Source of the DNA: Alphaproteobacteria bacterium | GTDB taxonomy: Bacteria; Pseudomonadota; Alphaproteobacteria; Bin95 | Length of the DNA: 64,000 nt | Assembly (NCBI GenBank): GCA_964291285.2 | Contig: OZ219788.1 | Coordinates: 608,001 to 672,000 of the forward strand | Direction of reading: 5' to 3' | Part shown: positions 1 to 9,300 of the stretch, piece after piece | Numbering within the stretch: the first letter of the stretch is position 1 | How the letters are laid out: each line of letters starts with the position of its first letter | Notes under the pieces: generated by a model | Told to the model about the DNA's origin: nothing | Database searches by the model: none | Seen by the model: the letters and a program-made list of their open reading frames with translations, nothing else | Translations under genes and position numbers: made by a program

Positions 1-227
1 GGGACGCGGCTCCGGCCCGGACGGAAGCGCCGCGCACGGACAGCCGTGGGCGGCGTTCTTGCTTCCGGAGCACCGCAGGCGCCGCTATTCCCGGCTTGAT
101 ATCAGCCTGCCGGGCGTGGCCGACGCCGATCGGGCAGCGGAGCGAGCGTTCGGAACCTGAAAGTGACGTAAAGACAATAACTTGCGCCGTCATGGGGGTG
201 GCGCAAGGTCGGATTCCGCCGCGCCGT

Positions 228-261
228 TTTATGCGCGATAGCTTTCACTATCGCGCATAAT
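228..261 (+). other. lox-like recombination site 1 (13-8-13)
   Basis: TTTATGCGCGATA-GCTTTCAC-TATCGCGCATAAT: inverted arms around an asymmetric 8-bp spacer, next to a Cre-like recombinase. Confidence 0.85.
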
Positions 262-427
262 CTTGTCAATATTCCATCATGCTCGCCGGCCAGCCGCAAC
301 CGCAACAGGGCACAGCATTTCGCCCCAGGCCGGCATCAACCCGTTGAAACAGGACGATTCTTCAGGCTTGGACCGGTCCCGTCCGGGCCCCGCCGGCACG
401 GCACCGGCCCGCCGGCCCACGCCGATT

Positions 428-442
428 TTTACGCTCGATAGC
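428..442 (+). other. isolated lox-like half-site
   Basis: TTTACGCTCGATAGC is identical to one arm plus 2 spacer nt of site 2 (reverse complement); no partner arm. Confidence 0.6.
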
Positions 443-570
443 ATTTCTTGAATCCACGCCTGTCCGGCGCGCACGGGCCCGATTTCGACTGCTAAACCAC
501 TGCACCCGTCGTCAAAGACCATCCTAGCATTGTGGTCCGACGGCAGCCTCCGTGCATCCCCTGGGGCAAT

Positions 571-1554
571 TCAGCCGCGCCCCTGCATCCGGGCCAACTG
601 CGCCGCACCGCTGCGCCTCGCGAGCAGCCGCTCGCCGTAGCGGTTGACCATCGCGGTCGACTTCCACCGGCCCGCATGAAGGATTGAAGGCAGCTCGATG
701 CCGGCGGCGACCATGTCCTGCGTCGCGCCGACCCGGGCGCTGTGTCCCGACAAGCCCGCCGCCACAGTCTCCGGCAAGCCGGCCTCGCGCGCCATCGTCT
801 TGATAATGCGCGGCACCTGGCAGGGATGCAGCCCGTCGCCGATCCGCCCGCTCTTGCCCACCGAACGGAACAACAGTCCCTCCGAAATCCCGGCGCGGTC
901 GAGCCACGCCCGGACCAGGCGGACGGTGTCCCGCCCGACCCAGACGATCTCGCCCCTGCCTTCGCAATCGGTCTTGGAGCGCCGGACCAGCAGGCTGCCG
1001 TCGCCCGGCATTTCTTCAAACAGGTCGGAGACTTGCAGGGAGACCAGCTCCGTCCGGCGCAGCATCGCATCGTAGGCGACGGCAAGCAGGGCCCGGTTGC
1101 GGTCGTCGAGGAGTCTCTCGCCCGCCGCCTCCAGCAGGCGTTGGCGCAGCGGCCATGTCAGTCCCGTCGCCTGGTCCTGCCGGCGCCCCTTCTTCCGGTG
1201 CATGCGCTGGAGCGCCAGCCGCACCGGCGGGCTCTTGAGCGTCTTTTCCAGCCCAAGCGCCCGGTGGGCGATGGCGATGCTGGTGACGTAGCGGCGCACC
1301 GTGGCGGGCGCCCGCTCCTCCGCCCTGGCGTCGATGAAGGAGGCGACGGTCTCCGGCCTGGCCGGCAGCGCTCGTTCCCCGCGTTCGGCGCACCACTCGG
1401 CGAAGATGGCGAGATCGGACCTGAGCGCCCGTTCGGTGCTGTCGCTGAACGCGCCGCGCGCCGCCCGGACGAACTGTCCGAGCTGTTCGGCGAGCGCCGC
1501 TTCCCGGTCCGCCGCCGACTCCTCACAGGCGTTGAACGGGGGTTCAAGGAACAT
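571..1554 (-). CDS. Cre-like tyrosine recombinase
   Basis: Motifs AMLRRTEL (R), RRSKTD (K), SGHSARVGA (H-x-x-R, as in Cre), AGRW..MVNRY (W, catalytic Y); N-terminal SAM-like core-binding domain. Confidence 0.93.
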   Translation of the reverse strand: MFLEPPFNACEESAADREAALAEQLGQFVRAARGAFSDSTERALRSDLAIFAEWCAERGERALPARPETVASFIDARAEERAPATVRRYVTSIAIAHRALGLEKTLKSPPVRLALQRMHRKKGRRQDQATGLTWPLRQRLLEAAGERLLDDRNRALLAVAYDAMLRRTELVSLQVSDLFEEMPGDGSLLVRRSKTDCEGRGEIVWVGRDTVRLVRAWLDRAGISEGLLFRSVGKSGRIGDGLHPCQVPRIIKTMAREAGLPETVAAGLSGHSARVGATQDMVAAGIELPSILHAGRWKSTAMVNRYGERLLARRSGAAQLARMQGRG

Positions 1555-1592
1555 TCAGGGGCCTCCGGACCGTCCGCACACAGGAGCCCCGG

Positions 1593-1626
1593 ATTACGCG
1601 CGATAGTGAAAGCTATCGAGCGTAAA
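1593..1626 (-). other. lox-like recombination site 2, inverted relative to site 1
   Basis: Reverse complement TTTACGCTCGATA-GCTTTCAC-TATCGCGCGTAAT; 31/34 identical to site 1, same spacer. Confidence 0.85.
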
Positions 1627-1731
1627 CGGATGCAGGACGTGGGGGATGACACGGGGTGTCACGGTCTCGTCTCAGCCAGCGGTGCTCGGGTTCCCGCCGG
1701 GACCGTCCTTGCGTGAAGAAAGACGATCGCC

Positions 1732-2019
1732 ATGGATAGGATGTTCTACCGCTATGGCGGTTTCAGGACGGCGAACCGGATCGTGCTGGAGTTTTACGAC
1801 AGCCTCTTCCGGACGACGCTGAAGCGCTATTTCGAAGACATGGACATGCAGCGCGTCATTCGCCACCAGGTCCAGTTCGTTTCCTTCCTAACGGACGGCC
1901 CGGCCCGCTCCGCCCCGGCAGAGCCTGTCCCGGGTCCATCGAGGGCCTCGCGACGGCCTGACGCCGCACCGGGCGCGGGCGCCCGGCGCGGTTCGGAAAT
2001 CCCCGGGCATGTCCTCTAG
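1732..2019 (+). pseudogene. group 1 truncated hemoglobin, frameshifted/degenerate
   Basis: MFYRYGGF..IVLEFYD..YFEDMDMQRVIRHQVQFVSFLTDGP matches the trHbN pattern; the proximal-His segment (LSRVH) appears in a shifted frame near 1925. Confidence 0.65.
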
Positions 2020-2376
2020 CGGCGGCGGCGAAGGGAGGCCGCCCGGCGGCGGCGCCATGCCCGGCCTGCGCGGACAGCCGCGCGGGCGGAGCTGGTGGGC
2101 GCCGTCCTCCGGGAGCCAGGGGCCCGAACCGTCCGGGGAGGAGGGCAGGCCTTCTGCCGAGCGCCGCAAGCGCACAACGCAGTCGGGACGGCGTGACGCG
2201 GGCGGGTTGCCCCGCTGTGATCGCTCACGCCCTGAATCAACTGAACATCGTCTGGCCGGAACGGATGCCGTCTGGCGCTGCCGAAGGACGGCGGCGACCA
2301 TGAACAGCATGAACATGGCGGGCCTGCGCACGGAGTCCTGACAGGTAGCCATGGCGCCTCTGCCCCTCATCGCACC

Positions 2377-2781
2377 ATGACCGACGTGAACGTCAAGTTC
2401 CTGCGGTCCTTCATCGCGCTGGTCGATGAGGGAACTTCTGCGAAGGCCGCCCGGCGGCTTGGCATTCCCCAGCACCGGGTCCGGGGCCATGTCGCCGCGC
2501 TGGAAAAGGCTTTTGGCATGCGCCTGCTCGAAAGGCGGTTGCCGCCGGACGGGAACCTGAGCGGCCGGACGCAGCTGACGCAGCAGGGCCGCGCCTTGTT
2601 GCCGAAGGCGGTCGATGTCCTGCGCGCCTATGACCGCATGTTGGACCACCGGCCCGTTGGGGTGGATCTGCGGGAGCGCAGCCGGGTCGCGGCGCTCGCC
2701 CTTCTGGAACTGGCGCTGTCATCCCTGAAGCACGACCTCTCGGACGACGACGAGGATCGAATCGAGCGCGCGCTGCGCTGA
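2377..2781 (+). CDS. LysR-type HTH-only regulator (no effector domain)
   Basis: NVKFLRSFIALVDEGTSAKAARRLGIPQ..VAALEKAFGMRLLER..LTQQGRALL is a LysR HTH; only 134 aa. Confidence 0.8.
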   Translation: MTDVNVKFLRSFIALVDEGTSAKAARRLGIPQHRVRGHVAALEKAFGMRLLERRLPPDGNLSGRTQLTQQGRALLPKAVDVLRAYDRMLDHRPVGVDLRERSRVAALALLELALSSLKHDLSDDDEDRIERALR

Positions 2782-2957
2782 GAAATACTCTACCGCGCCG
2801 CAGGAAAAATCTTCGCAGAAGCCCGGAATGCGGCGACGCCGCCACAGCTCCGAATCAATCGACCGCTCGCACCGTCTGCGGCGCTTGCGCCGCCCGGCCC
2901 GGCGGCGTGATGAAGCGTGCTGCAGCCGATGGGCGGCTGTGTCACAGGAGGATATCC

Positions 2958-4040
2958 ATGAAAATCAGAAATGCGCTTCTGACCGGAACCGCGCTGGCCT
3001 TCGCCGGTGCGCTGGCGGCCGGGCCCGCCTCGGCAGCCGACAAGCTGGCGCTCGGCCTCGGCGGCTACATGGAACAGTGGGTCGGCGCTGCCGAACGTAA
3101 GGACGACAACTCGGAAGGTGGCATCGACGTCCAGTCGGACTCGGAAATCTATTTCCAGGGCTCGCTGGAAGCCGACAACGGCATGAAGTTCACGGTCCAT
3201 GTGCAGCTCGAAGCCAACAACGAGGAAGACAAGCATCCCGACAAGACATCCGCGGACAAAGACTATAAGCCCCACAACACCGAGATCGACGAGTCGTTCG
3301 CCCGCATCAGCGGCGACTTCGGCACCGTCGAGATCGGCCAGCGCGACCCGATCCATGCGCGCACGCACTACGGCATCGCCGATGTCGGCGTCGGGCTGAA
3401 CTCGGGCGACACGCAGAAGTGGATCCCGGGCACCTATCTCAGCACCAACGGCTGGTTCCACGACAACCTGAACGTGATCTACATCTCGCCGCGCATGAAC
3501 GGCGTGCAGGTCGGCGTTTCCTACGGGGCGGACGCGGACAGCGAGAACTCGGTCGCCAGCGCGCCGGACGGCAACGACAACGCCGTGGTGGCCGCGGGCA
3601 TCAACCTCAACCAGACCGTCGGGGACGCCGGCGTCAAGATCTCGCTCGGCCACATGAACCGCGAGCAGGCGGGCGACAAGGACGCCAAGGCCTTCACCAA
3701 TGCGGGCCTTGCGGTCTCGATGGGCGCGTTCGGCTTCAATGCCGCCTGGGCCGACATGGACGGCGGCGACGACACCAAACAGACCGATGACTGGTCGGTC
3801 TGGGGCGCGAGCGTCACCTATTCGGACGGTCCGATGGCGGTCAGCCTCGGTCACATGACGCATGAGGAAGACGCCGGCGGCGAGCGCAGCTCAACGATGC
3901 TCTCGGGCAGCTACAAGCTGGCGCCGGGCGTCTCGTGGGCCACTTCGGTGTTCGTGGTCGAGGACGACACCAGCGCGGTCAAGACGCCCACCGGCAACGA
4001 AGGCACGGCATTCGTGACCGGCGTCAAGATCGGCTTCTGA
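2958..4040 (+). CDS. Gram-negative outer-membrane porin
   Basis: RBS AGGAGG, signal peptide, DSEIYFQGS and GDFGTVEIG motifs, amphipathic beta strands, C-terminal Phe. Confidence 0.88.
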   Translation: MKIRNALLTGTALAFAGALAAGPASAADKLALGLGGYMEQWVGAAERKDDNSEGGIDVQSDSEIYFQGSLEADNGMKFTVHVQLEANNEEDKHPDKTSADKDYKPHNTEIDESFARISGDFGTVEIGQRDPIHARTHYGIADVGVGLNSGDTQKWIPGTYLSTNGWFHDNLNVIYISPRMNGVQVGVSYGADADSENSVASAPDGNDNAVVAAGINLNQTVGDAGVKISLGHMNREQAGDKDAKAFTNAGLAVSMGAFGFNAAWADMDGGDDTKQTDDWSVWGASVTYSDGPMAVSLGHMTHEEDAGGERSSTMLSGSYKLAPGVSWATSVFVVEDDTSAVKTPTGNEGTAFVTGVKIGF

Positions 4041-4124
4041 TCCGCACGGCCATCCACACCACGGAGGAACAATCCAAACGATATGCCCGGCTATGACGGT
4101 CCGGGTTGAAAGGAGAAAGGTTCG

Positions 4125-5741
4125 ATGAGAACCATGAAACATTGGGCTCTGGCGGCAGCCGCCGCTGCGGCCTTGGCACTTGCGGGCTGCGGCGGAGGCG
4201 GAAGTTCGTCCTCGGCGCCTCCGGCTGGCCCCACGGCCGCAGAAATGCTCGCCGAGCGGCAAATGGAGCAGCGCAACGCCATTTCGACCGCAATCACCAT
4301 GGCGGAAACCGCCGTTGCCGGTGTGAACGACGACTCCACCGACAGCGAAGTCAGCGCTGCCGATATGGCGGTCACGGCCGCCAGGACGGCGATCACGAAT
4401 GCGGCCGATCTCCCGCCAGAGGAGACAGCCGCGAACACCGGAACGGTCGATGCGATCGCAAACCGTCTGACTGCGGCAAAGTCAAGCCGCACGGCCGCGC
4501 TGGACGAGGCCGACAAGGCGAACCGGGCGGCTATGGCGAAGACCGGCAAGGCGCTGCACGCGGCGCTGGGTCCGAACCAGGGCGGCACGAGCCCGCTCAC
4601 GAACATCGCCACACCTACCTTGTCGTCGGCAGGCCTCGCCATTAACGCCGCTGCAGGGGCGGGAGCACTCCCGGACGCCACAGACCCGGACTCCGTGACC
4701 CTCAAGGCCGGCGATTCCGCTGGTGCGTTGGGCAGTTGGATGGGCACGGACTACGCCCTTACCACAGGTACCGGTGCTTCGAAGGTCACCAACGAGGCCC
4801 GGGTGTACAACAACAAGGGTCCGGGGAAGACGGTCTCATTGGCCGCCGCGGGAATTACCGTGCATACGGCCGCGACAGCAGGTGACGACATCAAGGGCTA
4901 CTACACCGTTGACGAGACTGCTGACCTGGCCAAAATCATGGGCGCCGCCTTCACGCATTCGGGAACGCAGAACCACGCGTACGATTCCGATAATGAAGTC
5001 GCGTTCACTACCCGAGGCACCTTCGACGGTGCGCCAGGCGAGTACCGTTGCACGGGGACTTGCTCCTCGACCAATGACGGCACGGGCAGCCCGAGCGCAT
5101 TGGCCGGGGTGTGGCACTTCAAGCCCGACGCGGGCGCGATGGTGCACCAGCCCGATACCACTTACCTGTACTACGGCTGGTGGGTGAGCAAGGACAGCGA
5201 CGGCGGGCCGACGGCGGCCAGCGCGTTTACTGGTGTCGTGTTCCCGACCACAGGCTCCGCACCTACAGGTGTTGGTGGTGCCACCATCAACGGCTCGGCG
5301 ACCTATGCCGGCCACGCTGCCGGCAAGTTCGCCATGAGCAACGTGCTCGACGGCACGGGCAATGGCGGCCACTTCACGGCGGATGCCGAGCTTAAGGCCA
5401 CGTTCGGGTCCGGCACGACCGCAGGCATGACGGGCACGATCGACAACTTCCGGCTGAACGACGGGTCCGAGGATCCGGGCTGGAGCGTGGCGCTGGCCCG
5501 TGGTGCCTGGGGAGCCGACGGAGCAATCACGGCTCCCACCGCCGACCCCACGGTCTGGTCGATCAACGGCAACAAGGCGCCGGCGTCCGGCACCTGGAGC
5601 GGCCAGATGTATGACGAAATGCCCGGAAACGCTCCGGACGGCGACGGCAGCGACGTCCCAACCACGGTGACCGGAACCTTCTATTCCGAGTTCAGCACCA
5701 TTGGTCGGATGGCCGGCGCGTTCGGTGCCGAGAAGCAATAG
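4125..5741 (+). CDS. surface lipoprotein with TbpB-like C-terminal beta-barrel (Slam substrate)
   Basis: Lipobox LAGC followed by a GGGGSSSS linker; YYGWW, GSATYAGHAAG, FTADAELKATF and terminal GAFGAEKQ motifs; adjacent to a Slam gene. Confidence 0.82.
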   Translation: MRTMKHWALAAAAAAALALAGCGGGGSSSSAPPAGPTAAEMLAERQMEQRNAISTAITMAETAVAGVNDDSTDSEVSAADMAVTAARTAITNAADLPPEETAANTGTVDAIANRLTAAKSSRTAALDEADKANRAAMAKTGKALHAALGPNQGGTSPLTNIATPTLSSAGLAINAAAGAGALPDATDPDSVTLKAGDSAGALGSWMGTDYALTTGTGASKVTNEARVYNNKGPGKTVSLAAAGITVHTAATAGDDIKGYYTVDETADLAKIMGAAFTHSGTQNHAYDSDNEVAFTTRGTFDGAPGEYRCTGTCSSTNDGTGSPSALAGVWHFKPDAGAMVHQPDTTYLYYGWWVSKDSDGGPTAASAFTGVVFPTTGSAPTGVGGATINGSATYAGHAAGKFAMSNVLDGTGNGGHFTADAELKATFGSGTTAGMTGTIDNFRLNDGSEDPGWSVALARGAWGADGAITAPTADPTVWSINGNKAPASGTWSGQMYDEMPGNAPDGDGSDVPTTVTGTFYSEFSTIGRMAGAFGAEKQ

Positions 5742-5801
5742 CCGAACGGGGCCAGGTCTCGTTCCTGTGAGAACCTGACCTGCCCTCCGGCCTTCATTGA
5801 C

Positions 5802-5836
5802 GAGGGTGGCGCCCTGTGTGCGCCACCCTCTTTTTC
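5802..5836 (+). terminator. intrinsic terminator
   Basis: GAGGGTGGCGC-loop-GCGCCACCCTC followed by a T run. Confidence 0.75.
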
Positions 5837-5839
5837 TGA

Positions 5840-7213
5840 TTGCAGAGCCCGGACACCGCAAGGATGCGACAGACACGGACCGTGCGCCGCCCATCCGGCG
5901 GCTCCTCTCCGGGCGGCCGGGAGACGGGCGACGCCCTGACGCGGTTTCTCGCCGGCGTCGGCATTCTGGGTGTGCTGATCCTGCTTCTGGCGGCAATCGG
6001 ATGGGGCCCGAGGCCCGCCTACGGCCAGGACGCGACCGGCCAGCGCTTCCGCGCCGGCATGGAGGCGCTCGCCGCCGCCCGCGCCACAGCGGACCGGGAG
6101 GCCCGCGACGGGAAGCTCGACGAGGCCATCGCCGCCTTCCGCGCCATCCTGGTGGACCGCCCGGAGCTTGTGCGCGTGCGTCTCGAACTCGCCCTCGCCT
6201 TCTTCCTGAAGGAGGAGGACACGCTGGCAAGGCGGCATTTCGAGCAGGTGCTGGCCGGCAGGCCGCCGCCTCCGGTGGTGGCCAACATCGTCCGCTTCCT
6301 GCGCACCATGCGCGCCCGGCGGCGCTGGACGGCGCATTTCGGCGCGGCCATCGCCCCAGACAGCAACCTGAACACCGCCTCCGGCACCCGCACGATCTTT
6401 CTCGACGCTTTCGGGCAACGCCTGCCCTTCACCCTCGACGATCCCGCGACGCCCGAATCCGGCCTCGGCGTCTCCCTCTGGGGCGGCGGCGAATACCAGT
6501 ATCCGCTTTCACAAAATCTCCGGCTCCGCTCCGGGGCGAACGCCAACATCCGCCAATACAAGGGCGGGGACTTCGACCGCCATTTCCTCGCCGCGCATAT
6601 CGGGCCGCGCCGGCTCATCGACGCGAGGACCGAAGCGAGCCTGCTGGCGACGGTGGACCGGCAGTGGACCGCCGGCGCGCCCGAGACCGACCGCTTCGGC
6701 CTGCGGCTGGAGGGCGAGCACCGGCTGACGCCGCGCCTCGCCCTGTTCGCCCGCGCGAGCGCCGCGCGGCGCAACTGCCGCGACTGCGACTGGATCGACG
6801 GCCCGGTGGGCGATGTGATGCTCGGCGCAAGCTGGGCCGCGCTGCCGATCCTGCGCCTCAGCGGCGACGCCGGATACAACTGGGCCCGCGCCAACCAGGA
6901 GCACTGGCGCAACCGCGGGCCCCGGGCCGGCCTCGGCGCCACGCTGGCGCTGCCGCTCGGTTTCACGGTCGGGCTGCGCGCCTCCCTGCAGCGCACCGGA
7001 TACCAGGGCAGCGGCTTCGCCCACAACACCATCGACCGCGAGCCGCGCGAGGACGAGACGCAGACGCTCTCGCTCTCCGTCCACAACCGCGCCGTCACCC
7101 TGGCCGGCTTCAGCCCGCGCGTCAGCCTCGTCCGCGAGGAGCGCGACACCAACGCCCAGGCGCTGGACTACCGGCGCAACCGGGCGGAGCTCTCCTTCGT
7201 GCGCCAGTTCTGA
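5840..7213 (+). CDS. Slam-family surface lipoprotein assembly modifier (TPR + DUF560 barrel)
   Basis: TPR segment (ELVRVRLELALAFF), APDSNLN motif, barrel ending FVRQF; start uncertain. Confidence 0.85.
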   Translation: MQSPDTARMRQTRTVRRPSGGSSPGGRETGDALTRFLAGVGILGVLILLLAAIGWGPRPAYGQDATGQRFRAGMEALAAARATADREARDGKLDEAIAAFRAILVDRPELVRVRLELALAFFLKEEDTLARRHFEQVLAGRPPPPVVANIVRFLRTMRARRRWTAHFGAAIAPDSNLNTASGTRTIFLDAFGQRLPFTLDDPATPESGLGVSLWGGGEYQYPLSQNLRLRSGANANIRQYKGGDFDRHFLAAHIGPRRLIDARTEASLLATVDRQWTAGAPETDRFGLRLEGEHRLTPRLALFARASAARRNCRDCDWIDGPVGDVMLGASWAALPILRLSGDAGYNWARANQEHWRNRGPRAGLGATLALPLGFTVGLRASLQRTGYQGSGFAHNTIDREPREDETQTLSLSVHNRAVTLAGFSPRVSLVREERDTNAQALDYRRNRAELSFVRQF

Positions 7214-7242
7214 GCGGGGCGGCCCTTGCCCGGACCCGCCCG

Positions 7243-8139
7243 ATGAGGCGCGGCGCGCGCCGGCGGCTGCTGTTCGGGCTGCAGACCGTGCTGGGCCTGG
7301 CGCGGCGCGGGTTCTTCATTCCCCATGCGCGGGCGGACGGTGTCGCGCCGCCGGGGCCGATGGCATGGGTCGAGGCGCGCTTCGAGGCGGCCCTGCCGGC
7401 ATTCATGGCGGCGATGGACGACATGGACGGCCTGGCGCCGGCGCTCGCCGCCATAGGCGGGGCGGCGGCGCCGGAGCCGCGCTGGGACCAGGACTGGTTC
7501 CCCCGGCTCGACGCCGCCATGCTCTATGCGCTGGCGCGCCGGCGCCCGCCGCGCCGCGCCGTCGAGGTCGGCAGCGGCCATTCCACCCGCTTCCTGCTGC
7601 GCGCGCTCCGGGACGGCGGCGCAGACGCGGAGGTGACCGCGATCGATCCCCAACCCCGCGCCGCCCCTGCCGGGCCGGGCGGGCGCCTCAGGCTGTTGCG
7701 GCGCACGGTGCAGGAGGCGGGCCGGCAGCCGTTCGAGGCGCTGGAGGCGGGCGACTGGCTGGTGATCGATTCCAGCCATGTCGCCATGCCGGGCACGGAT
7801 GTGGACTTCCTGTTCGGGCATGTCCTGCCGGCGCTGCCGCCCGGCGTGCTGGTGCATGTCCACGACGTCTTCCTGCCGGACCCCTACCCGGAGGACTGGG
7901 CCTGGCGGGGCTATAACGAGCAGTTGGGGGCGGCGCTGCTGATCGCCGGGGGCTGGCGCCCGGTCTTCGCCAGCCGCTACATGGCGACGCGGCACCCGGA
8001 GCGCATCGCGCGCTCGGTCGTCGCCACCCTGCCCCTGCCCCCCGGCGCCCGCGACACCAGCCTCTGGCTCTGCCGGGAGGAGCGCGGCGCCGGTGCCGGG
8101 GCCCCCGGCGAAGGGCACAGGGCCGCAACGAATTCATGA
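7243..8139 (+). CDS. class I SAM-dependent methyltransferase (Methyltransf_24-like)
   Basis: VEVGSGHST, IDSSH, HVHDVFLP..YP, YNEQ motifs. Confidence 0.85.
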   Translation: MRRGARRRLLFGLQTVLGLARRGFFIPHARADGVAPPGPMAWVEARFEAALPAFMAAMDDMDGLAPALAAIGGAAAPEPRWDQDWFPRLDAAMLYALARRRPPRRAVEVGSGHSTRFLLRALRDGGADAEVTAIDPQPRAAPAGPGGRLRLLRRTVQEAGRQPFEALEAGDWLVIDSSHVAMPGTDVDFLFGHVLPALPPGVLVHVHDVFLPDPYPEDWAWRGYNEQLGAALLIAGGWRPVFASRYMATRHPERIARSVVATLPLPPGARDTSLWLCREERGAGAGAPGEGHRAATNS

Positions 8140-8415
8140 AATCAAGGTAATGTTTCCCCTGTTCGGGTCCGGACCGGGAAAACCCGTGATATGATGGCTC
8201 CGGGGGAAGCGGAATCCGGAGCCGCTTCCCGCCCGCGCCGGCACGGTGCGGCCCGGTGCGGCACGGACCCGGTCCGGCAGACAGGCGAGGTGCGCCCCGC
8301 CTCCGCCCCGCGCGCGCCGCCGCGAGACGCGCACGGGCGGGCGCGCGCGCATGAGGGCAGAGAGGAGAAGATATGCAGGAACGGGCAGCAACATATGTCC
8401 TGCGGGCATGCAGAT

Positions 8416-8636
8416 CATGACATTCCATGACATATCGCAGAAGGTCGCGAGGGCCCCGCATGACAAAACATGACATTCCATGACATCCGGGTGGAGTGGG
8501 CCGGCCCCGCCGCCGCCCGCGCACGCCGGCGCGGGCGCGCGGGCGCGGGGGGGGCGCGCATTATGCGCGGGCGGGCGGCGCGCCTCCGGCAACGGGGGCG
8601 TCCGGGACCACGGACCGGCAAGGAGGCTGCGATGCC
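8416..8636. repeat. dispersed element with 10-bp-phased CATGACA boxes, copy A
   Basis: CATGACA at 8416, 8426, 8459, 8469, 8479; 26-nt exact inverted match 8611-8636 to 36429-36454. Confidence 0.75.
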
Positions 8637-9240
8637 CCGGCAGATGCCCGTCGCGCCGAGAGAGCCCCCACCCGGCCTCCCCCGCAAGCGGGGGAGGGGA
8701 AGACGGGAGCAGGCGGCGGGGGAGACGGAGAGGCAGGCGGGGGTGAAGCAGGCAGGCGGGTGGAGCGGCGGCGAGGAAATCCCCTCTCCCCGCGAGCGGG
8801 GAGAGGACGGGTGAGGGGGCCGCCGGCAGGCGGCGGGCGAAGCCCCGGGAGACGCCCGTCGCGCCGAGAGAGCCCCCACCCGGCCTGCCCGCCAAGCGGG
8901 GGAGGGGAAGACGGGAGCAGGCGGCGGGGGAGACGGAGAGGCAGGCGGGGGTGAAGCAGGCAGGCGGGTGGAGCGGCGGCGAGGAAATCCCCTCTCCCCG
9001 CTTGCGGGGAGAGGACGGGTGAGGGGGCCGCCGGCAGGCGGCGGGCGAAGCCCCGGGAGACGCCCGTCACGCCGAGAGAGCCCCCACCCGGCCTCCCCCG
9101 CAAGCGGGGGAGGGGAAGACAGGAGCAGGCGGCGGGGGAGACGGAGAGGCAGGCGGGGGTGAAGCAGGCAGGCGGGAGGGGAGTTGGAAATGCAGGCGGG
9201 GGAGGGGAAGACGGGAGCAGGCGGGTGGAGCGGCGGCGAG
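8634..9240. repeat. tandem ~208-bp REP/BIME-like palindrome array, left of DUF559
   Basis: Units start at 8646, 8854, 9062; each has hairpins such as CCTCCCCCGC-AA-GCGGGGGAGG and CCTCTCCCCGC-TT-GCGGGGAGAGG. Confidence 0.88.
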
Positions 9241-9300
9241 GGAGCCGGAAAGGCAGGATGGGCGGGACAGGGGCGCCGGCTTCGCGCTACAACCCCGGCC

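Noticed and set aside
228-261. dif (XerCD) site or terminator
   Set aside because: The arms are symmetric and unlike XerC/XerD boxes, there is no U tract, and a second inverted copy flanks a Cre-like gene.
5797-8139. 780-aa ORF as a single protein
   Set aside because: Its N-terminal part is an off-frame shadow of the Slam gene; only 7243-8139 has methyltransferase motifs.
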